This document shows positions 1 through 10,367 of a DNA stretch of 64,000 nt, one piece after another. The DNA is from Deltaproteobacteria bacterium (lineage in GTDB: Bacteria; Desulfobacterota; Binatia; Binatales; Binataceae). Within the stretch, counting starts at the first letter, position 1. Every line of letters begins with the position of its first letter. A program made the position numbers and the translations under genes. The DNA lies in the NCBI GenBank assembly GCA_027317185.1, contig DAHVFB010000002.1:10360-74359 (forward strand), written 5' to 3'. The notes under the pieces are model-generated. The model was not told where the DNA came from. It did no database searches and saw nothing but the letters and a program-made list of their open reading frames with translations.

Positions 1-1
1 G

Positions 2-241
2 GTACCGCTGGAACCGCTCTCGGCTCGCGTCCGGCACGTGGTGCAGAGCGCGTTCGACGGCCGCCGGATCGTTATCTTCTCGGGCGGCGCACGCTCGGAC
101 GACAAATCGCTGCTCGAACAGGTGCGCGCGATTCACGACGGCGGCGGCTTCGGCTCGATCATCGGGCGCAACTCGTTCCAGCGTCCGCATGATGCCGCGG
201 TGGCATTGCTCGGCCAGATAATCGATATTTACTCGAAATAG
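2..241 (+). CDS. fbaB: Class I fructose-bisphosphate aldolase (DhnA/FbaB family), C-terminal fragment truncated by the window start
   Basis: Frame open from the window edge; VVQSAFDGRRIVIFSGG and GGFGSIIGRNSFQRP are typical C-terminal DhnA-type aldolase motifs. Confidence 0.85.
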   Translation, partial: VPLEPLSARVRHVVQSAFDGRRIVIFSGGARSDDKSLLEQVRAIHDGGGFGSIIGRNSFQRPHDAAVALLGQIIDIYSK

Positions 242-284
242 CTCGCGCGCCGCCCGGCGGCATCCTGACCGGCAGGAGTAAACG

Positions 285-1088
285 GTGAACTACAGCGACT
301 ATCAATTCCTAAAATTCGAGCGGCGCGATCCCGGGATCATGCTGATCACGATCAACCGTCCCGAAGCCTTCAACGCCACCAATACGCGGCTGCACTGGGA
401 ATTGAGCCAGGTCTGGAAAGATATCGGCGAGGACGATGAAACCAATCTGGCGCTGATTACCGGGGCCGGTAAGGCATTCTCGGCCGGCGGCGATTTCGAA
501 ATGATCGATTCGATGATGGGCAACCCGGCGAATATCGCGCGCGCATGGCGCGAGGCGGGCGATATCGTTTACAACATGATCAATCTCGACAAGCCGATAA
601 TTTCGGCGATCAATGGCGTCGCGGTGGGCGCGGGCCTCGCGGTCGCGCTGCTGGCCGACATCAGTATCGCGGCCGATACCATGCGCATCAGCGACGGCCA
701 TACTCGCATCGGCGTCGCCGCGGGCGACCATTCGGTGATCATCTGGCCGCTGTTGTGCGGCATGGCCAAGGCCAAATATTACCTGCTCACGGCGGATTTT
801 ATCGACGGTAAAGAGGCGGAACGGATTGGCCTGGTCTCGATGTGCGTGCCGGCCGCCGAATTGATGGACCGCGCCTTCGAGGTGGCGCGCAAGCTCGCGA
901 GCGGTCCGCAGCATGCGCTGCGATGGACCAAGCGCAGTCTGAACAACTGGCTGCGAACGGCGGGGCCGTCGTTCGACGCCTCGCTGGCGCTCGAAATGCT
1001 GGGATTTTTCAGTTCGGATGTAACCGAAGGAATCGAGGCGGTCAGGAACAAACGGCAGCCGTCGTTCCCAAGCGCGCGCAAAGCCTGA
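285..1088 (+). CDS. Enoyl-CoA hydratase/isomerase family protein
   Basis: [22 protein letters not shown] and AERIGLV crotonase motifs; RBS aggag before GTG. Confidence 0.92.
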   Translation: MNYSDYQFLKFERRDPGIMLITINRPEAFNATNTRLHWELSQVWKDIGEDDETNLALITGAGKAFSAGGDFEMIDSMMGNPANIARAWREAGDIVYNMINLDKPIISAINGVAVGAGLAVALLADISIAADTMRISDGHTRIGVAAGDHSVIIWPLLCGMAKAKYYLLTADFIDGKEAERIGLVSMCVPAAELMDRAFEVARKLASGPQHALRWTKRSLNNWLRTAGPSFDASLALEMLGFFSSDVTEGIEAVRNKRQPSFPSARKA

Positions 1089-1235
1089 GCCTTCACTAAT
1101 ACGTGCCTTAGCGGTTAACCGTCGACGATGTCTATGGCATTCGATTAGAATTTAAAATAATCGCTTTTCGCTGCGGGTATTTTTTGGCATACTCCCGCAA
1201 TCCAAGATTGCTGGAATTACGCGGAGCTTTCGAAA

Positions 1236-1532
1236 ATGAAAAAAACGATCACAACTATTGCATGCCTGGCGCTCGGTTCGGTGATGAGCTTAGGAATCGC
1301 GATTCCTAATGCCCATGCGGCGCGCGGGGTCAAGGTGGATTGCGCCCAGGTGATGCAGGATCTGAACGCCGGCAAAAAGCCACGCGCGATCGCGACGGAA
1401 ATGAAAATCTCGACCTCCAGCGTGTACAAATGCCGGCGCCGTGCGCGTGGGACGACGGTCGCCAGCGCCGCCCACGGCAAGACCGCCCATCCAAAGGCCA
1501 GCGCTTCTCCGGCAGCCACGATGAATCACTAA
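1236..1532 (+). CDS. Small secreted hypothetical protein
   Basis: MKK start, hydrophobic signal peptide ending AHA, ggag RBS; two Cys flank an HTH-like segment. Confidence 0.7.
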   Translation: MKKTITTIACLALGSVMSLGIAIPNAHAARGVKVDCAQVMQDLNAGKKPRAIATEMKISTSSVYKCRRRARGTTVASAAHGKTAHPKASASPAATMNH

Positions 1533-1570
1533 GCCGTCTGCATACCGCCGTCAGTTGCCAAAAGCACCCG

Positions 1571-1604
1571 AGCGCCCGCGGCCTTTTTTAGGCTCGCGGG
1601 CGCT
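1571..1604 (+). terminator. Hairpin, probable terminator
   Basis: agcgcccgcggcc ... ggctcgcgggcgct inverted repeat just after the 1532 stop. Confidence 0.45.
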
Positions 1605-1639
1605 TGCCATTTGTATCCGATCGCGGTCAGATCGGGGCC

Positions 1640-1933
1640 GTGAAACCGTGCGAACTTTGCGAACTTAGCGAATATACGCAGCATTACTGCCGCTATATCC
1701 ATCCGTTCAGATTTTCGATTTTGGATTGCGATTCGTGCGACACCCCGATGGCAGTGCTGGGCGAGCATCGCGCGGCCCCGACTGACTTCGAACGGCAGTT
1801 CATGGTCGAGGCCTTAAGCATGGTGGCGCGCTTTCGCTATGGCGAAGGCCGCTTCGTCATCGATGGCATCATGCGGCAGATTCCTGACCATTGTCATCTC
1901 CACGCCCGCCCCTTGGCGGACTGGGCGCGCTAG
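1640..1933 (+). CDS. HIT-like / zinc-binding hypothetical protein (start uncertain, 1604 or 1640)
   Basis: CELC, CDSC and a C-terminal HCHLH histidine-triad-like motif. Confidence 0.6.
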   Translation: MKPCELCELSEYTQHYCRYIHPFRFSILDCDSCDTPMAVLGEHRAAPTDFERQFMVEALSMVARFRYGEGRFVIDGIMRQIPDHCHLHARPLADWAR

Positions 1934-2203
1934 CTGTTTCAATCTCTTTTGGGCTTTCTTGCATTTTTTAGATTCGTCGTCACCCAGAGCACGAGTCTGA
2001 AGCCGCATCTTTGGTACAAAACCCGATATCTTGGGCGATCGATGATCGGTATCGTATAACCCGTTGCATCATGGCCTGAAATCATTCCTTCAATGTCTAC
2101 TTGGCACATGATCAGCCATATGGTATATGCGCGGCACTGTGTGTGCAGTTGGGCGGTGCCGCGAGGCGGCCCGCCTATTTAGTTTAGGAGGTTCGGGGGA
2201 GAC

Positions 2204-2410
2204 ATGGCTAACGGAACGGTTAAGTGGTTCAGTCCCAAAAAGGGGTACGGCTTCATCACCATGGAGGATGGACAAGAGGTATTCGTCCACTACTCCGCGA
2301 TCGGCGGCGACGGCTTCCGCTCGCTTGAGCAGGGTGACAGGGTCTCATTCGAAGTCGCTCAAGGCCCCAAGGGGCTGCAGGCCTCGAATGTGAGCCGCGC
2401 GGAGGCCTAG
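2204..2410 (+). CDS. cspA: Cold shock protein
   Basis: GTVKWF, KGYGFI (RNP1), VFVHYS (RNP2), GPKG; strong RBS. Confidence 0.97.
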   Translation: MANGTVKWFSPKKGYGFITMEDGQEVFVHYSAIGGDGFRSLEQGDRVSFEVAQGPKGLQASNVSRAEA

Positions 2411-2445
2411 GCCGCGCGTAGCAATTCCGAAAATCAATGGGTTCG

Positions 2446-2470
2446 GGCCGCGCCGCGAGTCGGCGCGGCC
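2446..2470. terminator. Hairpin between convergent cspA and ligD
   Basis: Perfect 10-bp stem ggccgcgccg/cggcgcggcc with a 5-nt loop. Confidence 0.55.
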
Positions 2471-2507
2471 GCTGGACCATCCGTCTCAAGCGCCAGGGCA
2501 ACAGCGG

Positions 2508-5138
2508 TCAGGGTTGCCGTTGCGCCAGCATCTGCTCCAGTTTCGGCAACGATAGTTCGATCGACTGAGGATCGTCTAGCGTGCCCAGGAATGGATCGTG
2601 GCCCAGCCGCTTCATCCGATCCGCAGCCGTTTTGAGATTGAACGCTGCCGGATTCAGCCTCGGCTTCAATTCATCCCATTGCAGCGGCATCGAGACCGGC
2701 GCGCCGGGCCATGGCCGGACCGCGAACGGCGCCGCGATCGTCTTGCCCTGCCCGAGTTGCAGGTAATCGATATAGGCTCGTCCTTTACGCGCGCCCGGCC
2801 GCGCCAGGGTCGCATCTTTGGGCGCGCGCCGCACCACCATGGTCGCCACCAGTTCTGAAAAGGCGCGTGCCTGCTCATAGGTGTACTTCGGCGGCAGCCC
2901 AACCATCACGTGAATTCCCATTTGGCCTGAGGTCTTGAGATAGGGCCGCATTCCGATCTCGCGCAACACCGCCGCGACCTCATGCGCCACGCGTATCGCT
3001 TTGGCGGTGGTCGCTTCCTTGCTGTCGATGTCGAACAGCAACCAGTTGGGATGTTCCAGCTGTGGCGCGCGCGAAGACCACACGTGAATCGGGATCACGC
3101 CCATGTTCGCCATGTAGGCGATCGCCTCCGCGCTTTCCAGAATGAAATATGAAATCCAGCGCTCGGCCTCACGCGCGTAGATTTTCTCGCGGCGAATCCA
3201 CGAGGGCGCAAATGCGGGCGCGTCTTTCTGATAAAAGCTTTTGCCCTCGATTCCATCAGGATAACGCGTGAGCATCACCGGGCGATCTTTCAAATACGGC
3301 AACATCCAGGGTGCGATCGAAAGGTAATATTCGACCAGATCGCCTTTGGTGTAGCCCTTGCCGGGCCAGTAGATCTTGCCGGCATTCGTGATTTGGAAAG
3401 CGCGCGGTTGCAACGTTGACGGCGAACCCGCGGCGATCGCAGCTTCGTTGGCGGGCGGCAACCTCTGGCCGGTTGTGGCGATCGTATCGGATTTGACCGT
3501 AGCGCGTTCGGGAAGGTCATGCTCGTCCTCAAAACGCACTTGCGCAGGATTGGCGTCCTCGACCAGGCGCAGAAAACTCGGATGGCGCAGTACGTGGTCA
3601 CCGGTCCAATCTGAAAAGCGTACCTCGCACACCAGCTCGGGGCGGCAAAAGTGCGCGCGGCGCGGCGGACGGGACTTACCAGCGCGCGGCGGGCGAAACG
3701 GCGACTCATCCGATGCGATCGATTTCAAGCGGCGGCTGATCTCGTCCATCAGCTTGCCGTCGAAGCCGGTGCCGGCCCGTCCCACAAAACGCAGATTTCC
3801 CTCATCTTCATATTGCCCGAGCAGCAGCGCGCCGAATCCTGTGCGGCTGCGCGCCTGATCGGTCCATCCGCCGATCACGAACCGGCCAGCCTTCGGGCAC
3901 TTGATCTTCAGCCATTCGCCATCGCGGCGTCCGGCATATTTCGATTCGCGCCGCTTGGCGACCACTCCTTCGATTCCAGCTTTGGCCACCGCGGCGTAAA
4001 ACTGACGTCCACGCTCCGTCACATGGTCGCAATAGCGCAGCACGCCCTGACCTTTGACGATCATCGCGAGTATCGATTTGCGTGCTTCAAGCGGACGCGA
4101 ACGCAGGTCGTAGCCGCCGAACGCGAGCAGATCGAACATGTAACAACTGGCCGGCATCGCGAACGAGAGCCGGTTGATTTCCGCCCGATCGGTCATGCCG
4201 ATGCGCCGTTGCAGCATCTGAAAGCTGGCTCGCCCATTTTCGTCGAGCGCCACAATTTCGCCGTCCATCACGAAGCGATCAAACGGTAGCCGATTCAGAG
4301 CCAGGGCCACTTCCGGATAGCGCATGGTAATCTCGGAACCGCTGCGCGCGAACAGGCGCGGCTCGCCGCCGTCGCGAATCGCCAACAGGCGCACGCCGTC
4401 GTGCTTGATCTCGAACAGCCAGGCGGGACTGTCGAATGGCTCCTCGTGAGGGCGGGCGAGGTTAAGCGGGAACGACTTGAACGTGGGCGGCACGGTCAAC
4501 TTCGGTGGATCGAGTTGCTCGACCTTGCGCATCACCATCGGTTCAAGCTCGGCGCTGGCCGCCATCTCCTCAACCGTGAGTCCCGACAGCACCGATCGCG
4601 GTTGCTCGGCCAGCAGATCCTTGCCGCTCGTCCATTGGTCGCGTTTCTTGATCAGCAGCCAGTTTTCCTTGGCGCTCGAACTTCCTCGCGCCATCCCGCG
4701 CGTACGAACCAGCGTATATGCGCCGTGCAGCTTGAATCCGTGCAGCTCGATATCCACTTTGCCGTCGCGAATGCTTTTCGCGACCTCGCCCGGCGGGCTG
4801 ATAGCGCGATAGACGCCGCGATCCCACACGATGACCGCACCCGCGCCATAGTTGCCGGCCGGAATATTTCCTTCGAACCCGCCGTAGTCGATCGGATGAT
4901 CCTCGACCATCACGGCCAGATGTTTCTGCGCCGGATCGAGCGCGGGTCCTTTCGGCACCGCCCAGGAACGCAGCACGCCTTCCATCGCGAGCCGGAAATC
5001 GTAATGCAGCCGCCGGGCCGCATGTTTCTGAATGATGAAATGACAGCCATCGGCGGAGGCAGGTTTTTTCTCAGTCGGCCCGAAAGGTTCGGGAGTGCGC
5101 GCCGGATTGCGTTTGCTGCGATAGGTGTCGAGAGGCAT
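2508..5138 (-). CDS. ligD: DNA ligase D (phosphoesterase, ligase and polymerase domains)
   Basis: N-terminal QKHAARRLHYDFRL...SWAVPKGP phosphoesterase; EIKHDG ligase lysine motif; C-terminal primase-polymerase RYPDG, FDID, KTSG. Confidence 0.97.
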   Translation of the reverse strand: MPLDTYRSKRNPARTPEPFGPTEKKPASADGCHFIIQKHAARRLHYDFRLAMEGVLRSWAVPKGPALDPAQKHLAVMVEDHPIDYGGFEGNIPAGNYGAGAVIVWDRGVYRAISPPGEVAKSIRDGKVDIELHGFKLHGAYTLVRTRGMARGSSSAKENWLLIKKRDQWTSGKDLLAEQPRSVLSGLTVEEMAASAELEPMVMRKVEQLDPPKLTVPPTFKSFPLNLARPHEEPFDSPAWLFEIKHDGVRLLAIRDGGEPRLFARSGSEITMRYPEVALALNRLPFDRFVMDGEIVALDENGRASFQMLQRRIGMTDRAEINRLSFAMPASCYMFDLLAFGGYDLRSRPLEARKSILAMIVKGQGVLRYCDHVTERGRQFYAAVAKAGIEGVVAKRRESKYAGRRDGEWLKIKCPKAGRFVIGGWTDQARSRTGFGALLLGQYEDEGNLRFVGRAGTGFDGKLMDEISRRLKSIASDESPFRPPRAGKSRPPRRAHFCRPELVCEVRFSDWTGDHVLRHPSFLRLVEDANPAQVRFEDEHDLPERATVKSDTIATTGQRLPPANEAAIAAGSPSTLQPRAFQITNAGKIYWPGKGYTKGDLVEYYLSIAPWMLPYLKDRPVMLTRYPDGIEGKSFYQKDAPAFAPSWIRREKIYAREAERWISYFILESAEAIAYMANMGVIPIHVWSSRAPQLEHPNWLLFDIDSKEATTAKAIRVAHEVAAVLREIGMRPYLKTSGQMGIHVMVGLPPKYTYEQARAFSELVATMVVRRAPKDATLARPGARKGRAYIDYLQLGQGKTIAAPFAVRPWPGAPVSMPLQWDELKPRLNPAAFNLKTAADRMKRLGHDPFLGTLDDPQSIELSLPKLEQMLAQRQP

Positions 5139-5251
5139 TTCGTCTTATGTTCGCCTCATGCTCATGCGAGGTTGGTTTGGATAACAACTGATTGGATGTG
5201 TGTTTCTCAGTATACTGTCTAACAAGCAACCAGTTTTCGGAGGCGCTTTCG

Positions 5252-6142
5252 ATGGCATCCCGCGCAATCGCCAACGGCAATATTTCATTCGGCCTGGTCT
5301 CGATTCCGGTTCATCTGTTCACCGCCACGGTGTCCAAATCGGTCGCGTTTCATCTGCTGCATGCGAAGGACAAAAGCAGAATCCAACAGCGGATCTACTG
5401 TCCTGTGGATGATGCAATTATCGAGCGCAGCGAACTCGAGCGCGGTTACGAGGTCGAAAAAGGACGCTACGTGGTCTTCACCGACGAGGAATTAAAAAAC
5501 CTTGAGGCGCGTAACGAGCATACGATCGAAATCACTGAGTTCGTCCCGCTGTCGGCGGTCGATCCGATCTATTTTGAGAACGGCTATTTCCTGGGATCCG
5601 ACACCGGCGCGGCCAAGGCCTACCGATTGCTCACCGAAGCGATGGTCGCCAGCAAGCGCGTCGCGCTCGGGCGCTTCACAATGCGGGGCAAAGAGCACCT
5701 GATCGTTATCCGGCCATATGAAAAAGGACTGATGCTGCACACGGTCTACTATGCCGACGAAGTCCGTTCGAGCGCTGAGATCGATCGCGGACAGCATGAG
5801 AGCGTCAAAGAGGCTGAGTTGACGCTGGCCAAACGGCTGATTGATGACCTTACCGTCAAAAAGTTCGAGCCGGAAAAGTATCACGATAGCTATCGCGAAC
5901 GCGTCCAGGAGGCCGCGCGGCAGAAACTGACCGGCCAGGAGGTGGCCGAAGCGCCCGCCGAACCGCGCCACGGCCAGGTGATCGATCTGATGGCGGCGCT
6001 GAAGGCCTCGCTCGAAAAGCGCGCCAAGGCCGAACCGGCAGCGAGCGAGGAGGCGGACGATCAGAAACCAGGCAAAGGCTCCCGCGGATCATCGCGAACC
6101 GCACGTGCCGCGGGCGAGCGCCGCAGCGGCAGCAAACGCTAA
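5252..6142 (+). CDS. ku: Ku protein (non-homologous end joining)
   Basis: ISFGLVSIPV, GYEVEKGRYV, VIDLMAALKASL and a basic tail; divergent from ligD; ggagg RBS before ATG 5252. Confidence 0.97.
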   Translation: MASRAIANGNISFGLVSIPVHLFTATVSKSVAFHLLHAKDKSRIQQRIYCPVDDAIIERSELERGYEVEKGRYVVFTDEELKNLEARNEHTIEITEFVPLSAVDPIYFENGYFLGSDTGAAKAYRLLTEAMVASKRVALGRFTMRGKEHLIVIRPYEKGLMLHTVYYADEVRSSAEIDRGQHESVKEAELTLAKRLIDDLTVKKFEPEKYHDSYRERVQEAARQKLTGQEVAEAPAEPRHGQVIDLMAALKASLEKRAKAEPAASEEADDQKPGKGSRGSSRTARAAGERRSGSKR

Positions 6143-6319
6143 CATCGGCCCGCCCGGCCGCCTTCGGAGCAATCGCGCATACACCCGTGGGGGCGATCGC
6201 CAATCGTGACCCCTTGCCAGTTTTGACTATCGGACGCCGCCTGTGCGATATAGGCGAAACAGGCGCGGATGGTTGCCACGCCGGGTACACAGCGCAGCTT
6301 TTCACTCGGTAGGTGGGGA

Positions 6320-7345
6320 ATGAGTAAAAACTTCAAGCGAGTGGTCATCACCCGCGAGCCGCCGGTTGGCCATCCGGATGAGACGCTCAGGAAGGTTGGC
6401 TACGACGTCAGGGTCGGTTCTTACAATTGGTACACCGGCACGGATCCCTCTACAGAAGAGTTAATCAACCTGATTGGCGATGCCGACGCAGCCCTGGTCG
6501 CTCCGTTCGACAAAATTGGATCGCGAGTGATGGAAAGCTGCGCCAACGTCCAGGTGATGGTGTGCGCGGTAATCGGGGTCGACAAAATGGATCTCGAAGC
6601 CGCCACCAGCCGCGGCATTCTGATCTGCAACAGTCCTGCGCCGGAAAACTTTGTCGGACTCGCCGAAGCCACCGTCGGCTTGGTTGTGATGCTGATGAAG
6701 GGCCTCAAACGCAACGAGGACGAACTGCGTTCCGGCGGATGGTATCGAGTGGCCAATCGCGGCCTGATGATGCAGGGCCGAACGGTTGGACTGATAGGAC
6801 TCGGGCGCGTCGCGCGGGAAACCGCCCGGCGGCTGGAAAGCTGGGGGATGCGGCTGATTGGCTACGATCCCTACGTCGAGGCGGATACGGCGCGCGGCTT
6901 CGGGGTCGAGAAGGTCAGCCTCGATGAACTGCTCGCTCAGTCCGACGCCGTCAGTCTCCACGTAGTACTGACCGAAGAAACCCGCAACCTGATTGGGATG
7001 CGGGAATTGAAGCTGATGAAACGAGAAGCCGTGCTGGTGAATACCGCCCGCGGCGGTGTGGTGAACGAGGCCGACCTCGCGCAGGCGCTCAACCAGGGCA
7101 TCATCGCCGGCGCCGCGCTCGACGTGTTTGCGAGCGAGCGCATCGAACGCGACAATCCGCTATTCGGAGTCGATCAGCGCAAGTTGATCATGACGCCGCA
7201 TATCATCGGGCATGGACAGGGGGTCGAAGGCTCGGGGCTCAGTCTCGCGGTCGAGACTATCCAATCGGTGCTCAATGGCGAAGTGCCGAAGACGGTAATC
7301 AATCACGCGGCGGTCGATCGTTGGCGCGCGCGATTTTGGAAATAA
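6320..7345 (+). CDS. D-isomer specific 2-hydroxyacid dehydrogenase (SerA-like)
   Basis: GLIGLGRV Rossmann motif, LVNTARGGVV, AALDVF, TPH. Confidence 0.9.
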   Translation: MSKNFKRVVITREPPVGHPDETLRKVGYDVRVGSYNWYTGTDPSTEELINLIGDADAALVAPFDKIGSRVMESCANVQVMVCAVIGVDKMDLEAATSRGILICNSPAPENFVGLAEATVGLVVMLMKGLKRNEDELRSGGWYRVANRGLMMQGRTVGLIGLGRVARETARRLESWGMRLIGYDPYVEADTARGFGVEKVSLDELLAQSDAVSLHVVLTEETRNLIGMRELKLMKREAVLVNTARGGVVNEADLAQALNQGIIAGAALDVFASERIERDNPLFGVDQRKLIMTPHIIGHGQGVEGSGLSLAVETIQSVLNGEVPKTVINHAAVDRWRARFWK

Positions 7346-7388
7346 CATTTGGGGTCATCCCCGATCGTTAGACAGGAGCATAGCGACT

Positions 7389-8867
7389 ATGGCAGCAGCA
7401 ATTTCTTCGCGGCAGCAGTCCAAATCGGCTCAGGTGAGAGCGCACCTTAAGCATCCAATCATCGACTCCGACGGCCATACATACGAGTTCCTGCCAGTCA
7501 TCCTCGACTATATCAAGGCGGTGGCCGGCGAATCGGTGGCCAAGCGGTTCATGACCGCTTCGCACGATACTTTTCAGGATCCGCGCTGGCGATTCTTTTC
7601 GATGGAGGAACGGCGCGAACGGCGCGCGATGCGTCCGACGTGGCGCGGGCTGCCGGCCCGCAACACCGTCGATCTGGCGACCGCGGTGATGCCCGGCCTG
7701 ATGTACGATCGGCTCGATGAGATGGGACTCGACTACTCAGTCGTCTATCCCACTTTGGCCTTTCTGGCGATTGAGGTCGCGGACGAGGAAGTCCGGCGGG
7801 CCGCCTGCCGCGCGATCAACAATATGCGCGCCGACATGTTCCGCGAATTCGGCGATCGTCTCACCACCCCGGCCACGATTCCGATGCATACGCCGGCTGA
7901 AGCGATCGCGGAGCTGGAACACTGCGTGAAGGAACTGGGCCTGAAGTCGGCCATGATGGCGAGTTATGTCCGCCGTCCGATTCCAGTCGCGGAGAAGCAA
8001 TTTCCCGGCGTCAGCCGTTGGGCGTACTGGCTGGACACCTTCGGACTCGATAGCGTGCATGACTACGATCCATTCTGGGCGAAGTGCGTGGAACTTGGGA
8101 TCTCGCCGACCTTCCACTCGGTTGGTTATGGCTGGGGATCGCGCCAATCGATTACCAACTACGTGCATAACCATCTGGGCAACTTCGCCGCCAGCGCCGA
8201 GGCGATCTGCCGGTCGCTATTACTGGGCGGGGTGCCTAAACGTTTTCCTAAGCTGACCTTCGCCTTCCTCGAAGGCGGCATCCCATGGGCCCGCAATCTG
8301 TTCTGCGACATGATCTCGCACTGGCACAAGCGCAATGGCGCGGCAGTCGAACACTATAATCCTGCGCTTATCGACAAGTCGAAATTCCTCGAGTTGGCGG
8401 CACGCTATGGCGGGCGCACCACCGAAGGCAGGGCCGACAGCCTGCTGGGCAGGCTGATCGAATCGTTGGAAATCGGCGAGGACCGGAGCCTGATCGACGA
8501 ATGGGCGCCCAGCGGAATCCACTCGGCCGAGGAAATTCGCGACATCTTCGTCAATCAGTTCTATTTCGGCTGCGAAGGCGACGATCCGCTGAATGCGATG
8601 GCTTTCAAGCCACAGGGCACACCTCTCAATATGCGCCTGAATGCGCTGTATGGATCGGACATCGGCCATTGGGACGTGCCGGATATGTCAGAGGTGGCCG
8701 AGGAAGTTTACGAACTGGTCGAGCACGAACTAATCAGCGAGGACGAGTTGCGCGAGTTCGTGTTCGTCAACGCGGTTAAATTCTGGACCTCGACCAATCC
8801 CGACTTCTTCAAGGGTACGGTGGTCGAGAGTGAGGTTAACAAGTTAGTAGCCAACGGACTTAAATAG
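7389..8867 (+). CDS. Amidohydrolase family 2 protein
   Basis: IIDSDGH metal motif, FLEGG, GSDIGHWD. Confidence 0.85.
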   Translation: MAAAISSRQQSKSAQVRAHLKHPIIDSDGHTYEFLPVILDYIKAVAGESVAKRFMTASHDTFQDPRWRFFSMEERRERRAMRPTWRGLPARNTVDLATAVMPGLMYDRLDEMGLDYSVVYPTLAFLAIEVADEEVRRAACRAINNMRADMFREFGDRLTTPATIPMHTPAEAIAELEHCVKELGLKSAMMASYVRRPIPVAEKQFPGVSRWAYWLDTFGLDSVHDYDPFWAKCVELGISPTFHSVGYGWGSRQSITNYVHNHLGNFAASAEAICRSLLLGGVPKRFPKLTFAFLEGGIPWARNLFCDMISHWHKRNGAAVEHYNPALIDKSKFLELAARYGGRTTEGRADSLLGRLIESLEIGEDRSLIDEWAPSGIHSAEEIRDIFVNQFYFGCEGDDPLNAMAFKPQGTPLNMRLNALYGSDIGHWDVPDMSEVAEEVYELVEHELISEDELREFVFVNAVKFWTSTNPDFFKGTVVESEVNKLVANGLK

Positions 8868-8944
8868 CGCACGGCCCGATTGGCTAATGGAATAGCCAGT
8901 AGGAACCCTGGTAGCTCAGTCGAACAACTTTGCCTGAAAAGATT

Positions 8945-9061
8945 GATTACCTCTCCTTGTCCAAGGAGAGGTAATCCACTGCGCCGTTAGGCAGTTACGC
9001 AAAGATCTCCTTCGGGAAGGGGCCGGGGGTCAGGTTCCATCGCAAGGGAACCTGACCCCCG
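8945..9061. repeat. Two perfect 15-bp inverted repeats (REP/BoxC-like palindromes or bidirectional terminators)
   Basis: gattacctctccttg-tc-caaggagaggtaatc (8945-8976) and cgggggtcaggttcc-N8-ggaacctgacccccg (9024-9061) between convergent genes. Confidence 0.7.
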
Positions 9062-9075
9062 CGCCGCACGGCGTC

Positions 9076-10230
9076 TCAGTATGGGCGCGAGGCCTTGCCC
9101 AGCAGTTCGCGCGCAACCACGATTTTCATCACCTGCGCTGTGCCGTCGCCAATTTCCAACCCGATTACGTCCCGCAGCCGCTGCTGATGCGGCAGGTCGA
9201 GGCTGTAGCCGAAATGACCATGCAGCAGCAGACATTTGTGAATGACGTCGGCGGCAAGTTCCGGCCCCCACCATTTGCATCCCGCCGCCAGCCATCCGTG
9301 CGGCTCGGAGCGATCGCGTAGCCATAAGGCCTCGTAGCAGAGCAGCCGGGCGGCGCGAAGCTGCACCGCGGCTTCGACCAGCGGAAACGAAACCCCCTCG
9401 AAACGGGCTAGACTCGCGCCGAAGGCCTGGCGCTCCTTAACGTAATTGCAGGTTTCATCGACGCTTTGCTGCGCCGCGCCGATACACATGAGGCCGATTA
9501 GCGCGCGGCTGAAATCGAACCCCTGCATCACCTGCGCAAAGCCCGCGCCTTCCGGGCCGATCCGCATCGCAGCCGGCACCCGCACCGAATCGAAAAAAAG
9601 CTGGCCGCGCCCGACCGATCGGGAGCCGAGGTCTCTGAAACGGTTACGGCTGACACCGGGCGAATGAAGATCGACATAGAAGGCGCTGACGCCGTGTGCA
9701 CCGTCATCCATTGCGCCCGTGCGCGCCATCACGAGTGCGCCGTCGGCCGACGAGGCGAACGAGATCGAGGTCTTCTCGCCGTTAAGAACATAGCAGTCGC
9801 CGTCGCGGCGGGCGGCGAGCCTAACGTGAGCCGCATCGGAACCCGCGCCGGGCTCGGTTACAGCCAGCGCCGCAATCGCCTCGCCACGGCAGATCGACGG
9901 CAGAATCGCCGCGCGTTGTTCGTCGCTGCCGCGCTGCGCGATGATCGCGGCGACCAGCGCCGACAGCAGCATCACATAGCCGGCGTTGAAATCGGCGCGC
10001 GCGATCTCTTCATGCGCGATGCCCAACCCCAAATAATCGAGGCCGTTTCCGCCGAAGCGCGAATCGACCATCGGCGCGAGCAAACCCATCGCGCCCAACT
10101 GCAGCACCAGCTCGCGCGGGAGATCCTGGTCGATATCACGCGACTGATATTTCGGGGCCAGCTCGCGGGTCGCGAAATCGCGCAGGGAGGCCTGGAGCAG
10201 CTTGTGATCCGGAGAAAATTCAAAATCCAT
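9076..10230 (-). CDS. Acyl-CoA dehydrogenase, cyclohexanecarboxyl-CoA dehydrogenase (AliB/BadJ)-like (alternative start 10263)
   Basis: TEPGAGSDA, LNGEKTSIS, HQQRLRDVIGLEIGDGTAQVMK. Confidence 0.9.
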   Translation of the reverse strand: MDFEFSPDHKLLQASLRDFATRELAPKYQSRDIDQDLPRELVLQLGAMGLLAPMVDSRFGGNGLDYLGLGIAHEEIARADFNAGYVMLLSALVAAIIAQRGSDEQRAAILPSICRGEAIAALAVTEPGAGSDAAHVRLAARRDGDCYVLNGEKTSISFASSADGALVMARTGAMDDGAHGVSAFYVDLHSPGVSRNRFRDLGSRSVGRGQLFFDSVRVPAAMRIGPEGAGFAQVMQGFDFSRALIGLMCIGAAQQSVDETCNYVKERQAFGASLARFEGVSFPLVEAAVQLRAARLLCYEALWLRDRSEPHGWLAAGCKWWGPELAADVIHKCLLLHGHFGYSLDLPHQQRLRDVIGLEIGDGTAQVMKIVVARELLGKASRPY

Positions 10231-10367
10231 CGCGATGAGATCCTCCTTGGGTGCCTGATTCACCTACGCGCCAACTTCCGCATAGTTTTTCGCAACTGTA
10301 CTCGATCAGGATCGGCTTGTGCTAAATTGAGCCTGCGGGAAATAACCATGATTGCAGGAGCGCGGTT

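Noticed and set aside
1185-1200. TGGCATACTCCCGC as a sigma54 promoter
   Set aside because: GG-to-GC spacing is 9 nt, not the required 10
2508-6142. ligD/ku pair as a novel system
   Set aside because: Standard bacterial NHEJ locus
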